Shown here: positions 54,852 to 64,000 of the stretch, in pieces
How the letters are laid out: each line of letters begins with the position of its first letter
How positions within the stretch are numbered: the stretch's first letter is position 1
Assembly (NCBI GenBank): GCA_964035545.1
Contig: OZ037772.1
Span: 10,228,818-10,292,817 of the forward strand
Direction: 5' to 3'
DNA length: 64,000 bases
From: Bugula neritina
Taxonomy: Eukaryota > Animalia > Bryozoa
The notes under the pieces: model-generated
Databases searched by the model: none
What the model was told of the DNA's origin: nothing
Seen by the model: the letters and a program-made list of their open reading frames with translations, nothing else
Position numbers and translations under genes: made by a program

Positions 54852-56538
54852 ACGTACTATAGATAAAGTCTGCAAAACAGACGGTACTGAATCACTTGTT
54901 TAGTCATACTAATTCCGATGTTACATTAGCCGAAAGTTGTACCGCATTTGACCCAAGGGCGATGTTAAGAGCAGATTACTCTTACACTACAATTCTTTCT
55001 CAATAGAAATATAATAACTATTATCCATCAGTTATCAAAAGCTGATGGTTAATCATTTCTTTATTCAAAATTTTAAGCATCCGAAACAAATTGTTTATTA
55101 GACTGTATTGGTAGCTGCATATCCTAAGAGGAATAAAATGGTTGACCAAAAGTGTCACAAATCAGTGCAATAACGATAACACTGGCGTGCACCTTTTTTC
55201 TTTGTTACTGCAATAAGTTATACTATATTATAGACTTGAAATAAATTGTAGAGTCAGTGGAGTCAGTGAATCATTTCTTTTTATTGGCTTTGCATGCTAT
55301 ATGCAGAATATTTTCATCCTTATCCAACATTTTAGTCACATCAAATGATATAGTATGACTATAATGAGTAGTGGAAGTCATTGTGCAGTTTCACTATGCA
55401 GAAAGATAACTCCAAGGAAGTCTGTAGTATAAACTACAGACCATAAAATTTGAATGTATTTAAAATAAGAGTTGATGCAATTTTGGAATTTTAGTTTATT
55501 AGCTTAAGATCAATTATTTAATAAAAAGAAATCATATATTCATCAAAGGAGCTACTTACTGTAAAAGAATATAATGTGCTACTTTTTGTTACTGATAATA
55601 ATTTTATATCATAACTGAAAATAGATTCAAATCATGTCACATCTCAATTCAAAACAGCAATCTGTTCATATTAACAAGAAATCTGATGCATTAGTTATTT
55701 TATGGCAACAAACATACAGAATTAATTTGGTATGATAACAAATAACATAAGTGTTGTTGAGAAAAAAAAAAATGAAAAACTGAATAAAGGTTTTGTGAAT
55801 TTAAAGTACATAATATTTGTATCTAGCCACCACAAGCTAAAATATTTATATAAAGTTTACAAACTTGCAGAAATTATTTGTGTATAACTGATACAAAAAA
55901 CAGTAGACTGGATTTTTCAGCATACAATACACCAGTAATACGAATTGTGTGATATTAATGAATCAAATACAGTGCTTGTGAAATTTTAGCGAACCACGTG
56001 GTTATAGTCTGTCTGTAGTCCACTGTAAAGCAAAAACATGCAACCACTCTTAGGGGGGAGGGGGGTACTTGACATGGTGGGGTGAATAAAGAGTTGTGGT
56101 GTACTGGGAAGGTAACTCCTTATGTATGACTCAACATGATGTGCTCTACAAACCATAGAAAAGCTGTCTAGTATATACAATATCTGAATATCTGACATAG
56201 TATAACATAAAATTAGTATGACTCGTTAGTATGCATTATATGTATTATAAACAGCTGCTTTATAAGTTGACTATCAGTTAATAAGTCATCAGAGGAGATA
56301 ACTGGTAATAATGTGCACACTAATAGTTGACCAACCATAATATTATAATACTATAAAGAGTCATAATATTTTCATGCAATAAAATGCAATACAACACACA
56401 ATATTATACAACAAGATGTGCGATGTAAAACTACTAAATGCAAAGTAATATTACAAACATGAATTAGAGAGGCACTCAGAGCCCCCCTCACAATTTTAAC
56501 TGACCTTTATTGGAGTATCCTAGTCAATCGGTTTACCT

Positions 56539-59500
56539 TCACTTTAGCTGGTAGAACTTGACTGATTCATTAGAAGAGTATACTGGAACTACTAGAGTAG
56601 AGCCAGTGAGGTGTAGATCAGGTATCTATCTGTTTTCAGTAGATATCCTGGTTAGTAACTTGCCTATTGAGATAAAATACATATTGCTCTGTTTTAAGAA
56701 TCAAAGATAATAAAAAGAGAGTGCAGTTTATTTGCAGCAAATAACTATAAATGTGAATGAACTAATTTCCTCAAATTATAATGCATGCATATCATACACT
56801 ATATGTATTCTACACAGTAACTAACCTGTATGTAATGATAGTACACAGAGTGTGGTAGGTTTAGTTTCATCAGCCACAAGTACAAACTCATCTCTATAGC
56901 AAGTCACTCCATAAGGTCTAGCCACATCCTTACACTGCCAGATGATGTCACCTGATGAGATGTCTACTTTATATACTAGAGATGAGTAACGCTGAGATAT
57001 AATAATTGTGTTTTTTTCTGCAGCAGACAGAAATACAGGAGTATCAGTAAGTAGAGGACAAGGTAAAGTGTTTACTATCTCCCCATTCAGAGAGTAGAAT
57101 ACTAGAGTTTTATTCAGCCTGTCAGGAATAGCTATTTGATTGTTTATGATGGCAAACTGATTTGTCCACCTTGTTTTTTTATCTGCATGAGTCCAACCGG
57201 TGATAGTCTTGCCTTCAAGGTCATGAACTCTCACAGTTGAATCAGAAGACAGAGTATATATCCTATCATTATGTACTGAGATACTCCACACAAAACTACC
57301 CTTAATAGATATGAGTGATTTAGTTACTTTGTTGTTCTCATCTATTCTGTCTACACCTCCTCTACACCCAGCATATGTGACACCTTTATAGGTGTGCACG
57401 GACTGGCAGTATGGAAAAACTTTAGCAGAGTTTATCAGTTCTACTGACTTGGGTAGTGGAGGTGAGACAACCAGTCCTTGTTCAGGAGTTATACTTGCTG
57501 TCCTTTTATTGGTCAGCTCAATCTCTATATCTCTTTTCTCTTCTGTAATAAAATATTGACATGCATGACAAGGTAATATAATATAAAACAGCTGATACAT
57601 CAGAAAAACTAGCAGATATGTAAACACACATGTATATTTTTTTGCATCACTACACCAACAGCAGTGCTATAGCAGCACTGCAATGACCATGCACTTTTCA
57701 TTTAAAAAATTATTATTATAATTTTAGCCTTTTGGACCAGATTATTTTTATGGCAATCAATTATTGAAAAAAATTTACTGAAAAAATAACAGCAGCTGCA
57801 TTCACGTCAACAAAATATTAAAATCAGTTCTAATGATATTCTATTTAGTGATATACTACTATATTTAATTAGATTATGTTCACCAAAAACTTGTATTAGT
57901 ATTCTCCAAGAGTAAGCACAGCTATATATTGCACAAGTGTGTAAATCTATAGAATCGTTGAGAGAAGCTTACAGGTTGGGGGAGATATAGGCCACTTCCC
58001 TTTTTCAGTGTAAAATACAAACTAAAGATTCCCACTATCATCATTTACCTTATACCTTGGTTTAATAGGATATTGCAGGGGTGTAGTGTGCCAGTAATAC
58101 AAACCCAGTTTTAGAAAATAATAGTGCCTTCATCATGTTAAATTAAAATATTATTTATAATATATTTTTATAACACAGATCAATAGAGTGAAATACCAGA
58201 TGATGAAAATGCAACAGTTGGCAACATAGCTATACCTTACATACATATATACCTCAAATTCAAAAGTCAAAATATACTTACTTGATTATGTTACTTAAAT
58301 GCAGCTATAGATAAAATATTTCAGAAAGATAAATAGGGTTATTAAGCTATTCATTATCTTGTTTTAAATAGTTTTGCATATTAATAACATAAAACTGACC
58401 TTTAACATCTATAAAACTGACCTTTGACCTCCACAGATGTTACAAGATCAAAATGTGCCAACTTAGGAATCTCTTCTGTCAACAGTCTATCAATCTCCTT
58501 CTTCATATCACGATATGACTTGATGATGTCAACCTAACAATATTACATATACACACAATGCGACACTGTGTAGCAGGTGTTATAGAGTTGTCTGCTATTA
58601 TAGAGAATGTCAGTGTTGAGTATGAACAATGAGATCAACAACAATGCTGTATTTGAGACCAACAAAACCATCCAAAAGCAGCATTGCAATGCAAAAGATT
58701 ACAAAATCGAGAGTGAAAAGCACAATTTAGAACAAGAAGCATTTACAAACGAATGGGCAAACTTTACACTAACTATCTGCAGTGCCCTACGTGGATCATA
58801 CAGTTTGCTATAGTATTATACAGTTCCCTACAGTATTATACAGTACCCTATAGTATTATACAGTGTTATATAGTATTATACAGTATCTTATAGTATTATC
58901 CAGTGTCCTACAGTATTATACAGTTTCCTATAGTATATTATACAGTATCCTATAGTATTATACAGTGTCCTATAGTATTATACAGTATCCTATAATATTA
59001 TACAGTGTCCTATAGTATTATACAGTTTCCTATAGTATTATACAGTATCCTATAGTATTATACAGTGTCCTATAGTATTATACAGTGTCCTATAGTATTA
59101 TACAGTGTTCTATAGTATTATACAGTGTTCTATAGTATTATACAGTGTCCTATAGTATTATACAGTGTTATATAGTGTCATACAGTATGCTGTAGTATTA
59201 TGCAGTATTCTATATAGTATCGAGAATTCTTTTCATTAGATTATATATATTTATATTATTTAAATGATCTATAGATGTTATATAAAATATCAAACTGCTA
59301 CAGATACACACACCATAACATCTACTATCAATCCATACTCTGTAGCTAACCTCATGACTTTGGTCTAAATTAGCCTCTATTCCTTCTCTGTGGTTATACA
59401 GCTCACGGTATCTAACCCCCACTTCCTCTACCATGAAGTTCACTGCTTGACTCTCAGTCTTTTCTCTCTTCTCCACCAGTTCTTTCTCCAGTTTGTCATA

Positions 59501-61180
59501 CTTCTGTTGAATAGCTGCTATCTAAATACAGTCACATAAAATATAGGAGAAGATAGTTTGGTTTGAGGAGTGTCTAAGTGTATATGGTCATCTTACATTT
59601 CCCAAAAAAGTAACTTATCTCAGCTGGTTATACAGAGAACTATAAACAAACTCTCACAGCTTCTATATGATCTTTATAATTATCAAATTTAAAAACCACG
59701 TAATAATCACCTGATCATCACGCTGTTTCCATAGCAACATCAGCAGCTTCTTGGTTTCAGTTCGAAACTCATCAATGTTTGCAGCTATCTGTTTGTAATA
59801 ACCAGATAACTTGTCTTCTCTTGTCTTCAACTTTGTAACTTCCACCAGCTGCATTGTTAAATCTTTCAACGTCAAGAGTGTATGCTGTGATGTACCTAAA
59901 GTAATATATACAAAGTAATGTATAAGCTGTTGTGTACCTGAATCATGTAATACATATAGCAAGTAAACAGAAGAATAGACACTTACCATCATCACATACA
60001 CCAGCTGTAGGTACACACTGAGTACAGAGTAGTTTGAGACAGACTTTACAACCCAAAGTATACTCTACGTCTGCATGTGTCTCACACATTCTCTTCTCTA
60101 ACTTAGCAGCACGAGCTATATACTCTGTCATATTTATTCTAGAATGTTCTTCGGCCAGATTGTCATGGTCCTAAGATAAACATATACAAAAGAGTTTGTG
60201 GCTTACTAACGATATTACATCTAAGATTGCATATATACATTATAATGGTCCTAATGTCATGATCATATAATGCCTAAAGTATATATGCAATAGTATACAA
60301 TTTAATAATATTTAAAGATATATTGTACAATCTATTACAATAAAAGCATGAATGTAAGAAATCAATCTTCAGAGTTATGTCTTCTTGAACATAACTTTTA
60401 TTTAATGTATAATAAACTACAGCATGCTGATCGATAAATGTTAGGAGGTAAAGACGCAAAACCAATTCATGTGAGCAAATGAGTGAAAACAAGTGAAACT
60501 AAATGAATGTTTTCGATTGATGAATCAAATCAAATATTGTAAATAATTTGTTGCAAAGCTGATTAAATTATTTCTCTGCAAAGTATCACCAAAATGTCAA
60601 GCTTTCAGTTTCAAAATATCACATATAAAGATATACACACAGTAAACACGAAAAATAGTGTTAACTTACAATGACATGTTTAGCACAGTACAGTTTGGAA
60701 CAAACTAAACAATACATCAGAGCAGGTGTATCATTCACTCCTGACTTTGTACAGACTTCACAGAGTATAGACTTATCTATCTGTTTCATCTGGTCTGCTG
60801 TTGGCAACTTATCAGGTGTAGTATTGAACACTTGTCTGTAACATAAATGATGAATTTATTGTTGATAGATCATCAATTAGTTTTATCTTAGAGAACATTT
60901 ATCAATCAACGCTCATAGTATAATTCGCTCTGTTCCACCTTGTGATATTATATTAACTGTAATATATACTAGACACCAGACGTAGCGAAAATCACATAGC
61001 AAATACTTTGACATAAACTTACCGACATATTCCACATTTAAGAGCATTTAGCCTTCCATAGAATTCATTCAAACACTTGTCACAGTGTGGGTGAGTACAA
61101 GGCAGTGCCTTAATTTCCTCTAACTTGAGTTTAGATAAACAAATAGTACATCTCACCATCTGTTGTGGTTTGGATGCCAT
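56539..61180 (-). CDS. TRIM copy E, premature TAG in last exon (truncated protein or incipient pseudogene)
   Basis: Exons 61180-61023, 60835-60670, 60170-59987, 59895-59711, 59521-59351, 58533-58422, 57542-56826, 56663-56539. TAG at 56628-56626 (ENR*IPDL), 29 codons before the normal TGA. Confidence 0.85.
58809..59212. repeat. 20-bp intronic minisatellite (TATAGTATTATACAGTGTCC), about 20 copies
   Basis: Tandem array in a TRIM E intron; shorter or degenerate versions in the same intron of A-D. Confidence 0.9.
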
Positions 61181-61874
61181 TTTGTTCTACAATTACATCA
61201 TATTAGGACGACACAATCATGTTGATCACAATGATTTCACATCAGTAACCAATACCCACACAAGTGAATAACAAGAGAATTAAAAAAAGATTTGGGTATT
61301 GCCCAAGTTCCAAGAACAGCAAACAATTCCATCATCAACTATCTGATAATAATATTGAATTATTTACATCTACATCTAACAAGGGCTGACACTGGACTTG
61401 GTAGTAACTTTGCGTTTGAGGCTGTCGTCATTTCGACTGTATTGTCAACCAACTTACAGTTAGTGAGCCATTAACATTCAACCTATTATTATTAAAGTTA
61501 GTAATTAAATCATAGTGAAAATGACAATACTTTTAACATTCATTTTGATATTAGTTAAGTGAGACTGAGACTAAGCATTGCAATCTGCCAGTCACAATCA
61601 CAATGACAATCACAGTGGCAATCAATAAATTCAATCATGTATTTTTAAAACCAATGTGATGGATGATTACACTTACAGTTATAACCATAATCCTAATAGC
61701 AAAAAGTAGAAGTTGAATATCAATATGGTAAATTAAAATTGGCTCACCAAAAAAGTGTTCGCTGAGTGACTCAGGTTCTCAAATTCTAATAGTAATTGTG
61801 TCCAATCGAATGGATATGATTGACCTACTTCTAGCTCTACTCAAAACTGCTTTGCGAGCTGCTGCGAGGAAGTT

Positions 61875-61928
61875 AAAAATGAAACTGCGCTACAGATGAG
61901 TAATAGAAATTTCCCGAGTTGGAAATTT
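61875..61928. promoter_or_regulatory. ISRE-like (one mismatch) and kappaB-like motifs upstream of TRIM E
   Basis: AAAAATGAAACT 61875-61886; GGGAAATTTC (minus) 61906-61915. Confidence 0.45.
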
Positions 61929-62857
61929 TACGTGCTAGTAGATAAAGTCTGCACAACAGACGGTACTGAATCATTTGTTTACTCATACTAATTCCGATGT
62001 TACATTAACCGAAAGTTGTGCTGCCTTCGACTCAATAGCGATGTGAAGAGCAGATTACTCTTACACTACAATTCTTTCTCAACAGTAATATTATAATAAC
62101 TATTATCCATCAGTTATTAAAAGCTGATGGTTACACATTTCTTTATTCAAAATCTTAAGCATGCGTAAAAATTGTTTATTAGATTACGTTGGCAGCTGTA
62201 TATCCCAAGAGGAGTAAAATAGGTTGGCCAAAAAGTCACAAATCTGTGCGTTAACCATCTAACACTGGCGTGCACTTTTTTTCTTTGTTACTGCATTGAG
62301 TTATACTATATTATATACTTGAAATAAGTTGTAGAGTGAGTGGAGTCAGTAAACCATTTTCTTTAATTGGCTTTGTATTTTATATGCAGAATATGATATC
62401 GTATGACTATAACGAGTAGCATGTTATGGCGAAGGTATATAGAAGCTTATAAGATTCATAAACAGGTATTTTATAGTTGTGTATTTTACTTTTTATATCA
62501 AAAGCATATCATGTAACCTGCCAGTATATTAACATATCCCAATCGTTGTCACATACTGGAGACCATTATAAACCAACAACCAATAGAATGAAACTTGCTT
62601 ATCATTGGTATTTGCCATCATTGACCTAGTTTAAATACAAACCAATCAGAATTGATTTAAATACTGAGATTTATTTACAATAATACAGAAGTCATAAACT
62701 CTAAATGATAAAAACTATAGTAGGCTATATAATATAACTATAATAAATTATCCAGCACTTTGACACAATGTCCGCTGTGACTTAGTGCACTCTGTTTATC
62801 ACACTGACTAGGTTGAGACGGGTACAAGTTTCTCATACAGTACAATACTAGATAGCC

Positions 62858-63568
62858 TCAGCTCCCCTTGGCTACTTTCTTCAACTGGTGCCACCACTCC
62901 AAACTCTTATTGTTGGTATTGAGAGAATGCTGAAGCTCTCTCCAATGTTCAGCTCCTCTCTTGTCACCGTCTGCACTGATGTACACTCTACCAACCACCT
63001 GTCAAGTAATGTCAGTGTGCGTTTATAGTGAGTGAGCAGGTGCCCAGCAGGTACCATGGATGGATGATTATTAGAAACTGAGCAAATAGTGACTAAATTG
63101 CTGAGCATTTTTGTTCAAGATATTAATTATAACGAAAAAATTTTTTCCAAGTCTACCAAAATTTTGATGAAGATAAAATTTAAACAGCAATTATTTTTAA
63201 AGTATATTCTTAGATAAAAGGCAACCGACCATAGCAATATAACTCAAGTGTTCAAGTGAGTCTAAATGACTTAAACTCAGCCTTAACATAGCTCGAGTTT
63301 CCAGGTTATGCTATAGAAATGTTGATATATGAAATAATATCTACAGAACAGCGGAACCCCTTGGTAGACGCCCTCACCTCATAACTACTGATTTTCACTT
63401 TACACAAGTCTACGACTATACTCATATCAGCTAAGTTCACATGTTGAGGCAGAGCTAGAACTATCTCCTGGTTGAAGAGTGGATTAGTAGTCACTTTGAT
63501 GTTATCTATAGTACGTTTCTTCTTCAACTTCTTTCCATCTTCTAGCACCGTCACTCTTACCGTTAGGC
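62858..63568 (-). CDS. Synaptotagmin-like gene, last two exons (C2B and WHxL terminus); gene presumably continues beyond the window
   Basis: Exon 63568-63378 (GKKLKKKRT...NPLFNQ) splices in phase 0 to 62998-62858, VVGRVYISADGDKRGAEHWRELQHSLNTNNKSLEWWHQLKKVAKGS*. The last exon is not in the ORF track. Confidence 0.88.
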
Positions 63569-63666
63569 CTGAAATATTTTTAAAAATTAAGAGTTTGAGT
63601 ATCTGATAATTATAAAATATATCATATTCCTATAAAATATATCATATATCTCTAACAGGAATTGGT

Positions 63667-63735
63667 CCCCACCAGGAGTCGCACCACAGACTTCCGGCTT
63701 ACAAGTAAGCACGCTACCATTGCACCACAGGGGCT
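63667..63735 (-). mobile_element. tRNA-derived SINE head
   Basis: Minus strand GCCCCTGTGGTGCAATGGTAGC A-box and degenerate B-box GGTGCGACTCC. Confidence 0.6.
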
Positions 63736-63901
63736 GTTGATTCAACTCAACAATACGTCCCACCCAGTTCTTTAAAACTCTGCTGGCTCTTCTACTACTG
63801 CCTCACACACCCCCTCTTCCCCCCCGGTCTTTCAATCACCTCGGATTACTATAACTGCTGTAAAACTTTACGAGAGGTTGAAATAACATGTAAAACTTTT
63901 T

Positions 63902-63977
63902 CCCCCACTAGGATTTAAACCTAAGACGAGTCCTCGGAGTTGGAAGCAGGTATGCTACCATTGCACCACATGGGGCT
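63902..63977 (-). mobile_element. tRNA-derived SINE head (second, related copy)
   Basis: Minus strand GCCCCATGTGGTGCAATGGTAGC A-box and GGTTTAAATCC B-box-like motif. Confidence 0.6.
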
Positions 63978-64000
63978 CTCTTTCATTATCCTTTCAAAAT

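Noticed and set aside
62881-63108. 75-aa ORF
   Set aside because: Wrong frame; the real exon is the synaptotagmin-like terminus.

Overview
AT-rich, intron-rich animal (invertebrate-like) genomic DNA; all genes recognised lie on the minus strand. (1) 1522-8928 is a young Ty3/Gypsy LTR retrotransposon: 305-bp LTRs differing at 1 nt, GTAT target-site duplication, tRNA-Leu PBS and a PPT. It has a candidate -1 gag/pol frameshift signal, a frameshifting deletion at the start of RT, and an unusual third ORF encoding a C2H2 zinc-finger/coiled-coil protein where env would sit. (2) Most of the window is a tandem array of five TRIM E3-ligase genes (RING, B-box1, B-box2, coiled coil, NHL-like beta-propeller; 8 coding exons, about 605 aa), called A-E here. 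A, B and D look intact, C is a pseudogene, and E has a premature stop in its last exon. The N-terminal RING/B-box/coiled-coil (RBCC) part is nearly invariant, propeller differences cluster in a few loop patches, and the upstream regions carry ISRE/IRF-like and kappaB-like motifs. Together this suggests a diversifying, immune-inducible receptor/restriction-factor array. (3) Co-duplicated bystanders: a PTGES2 pseudogene and a synaptotagmin-like fragment at 28-33 kb, and the intact-looking 3' end of the synaptotagmin-like gene at 62.9-63.6 kb. (4) Repeats include a 28-bp minisatellite built from a splice donor, a 1.3-kb compound microsatellite, a 99-bp perfect inverted-repeat element and tRNA-derived SINE heads. 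Exon boundaries were read by eye from GT/AG sites and frame continuity; no database searches were run.
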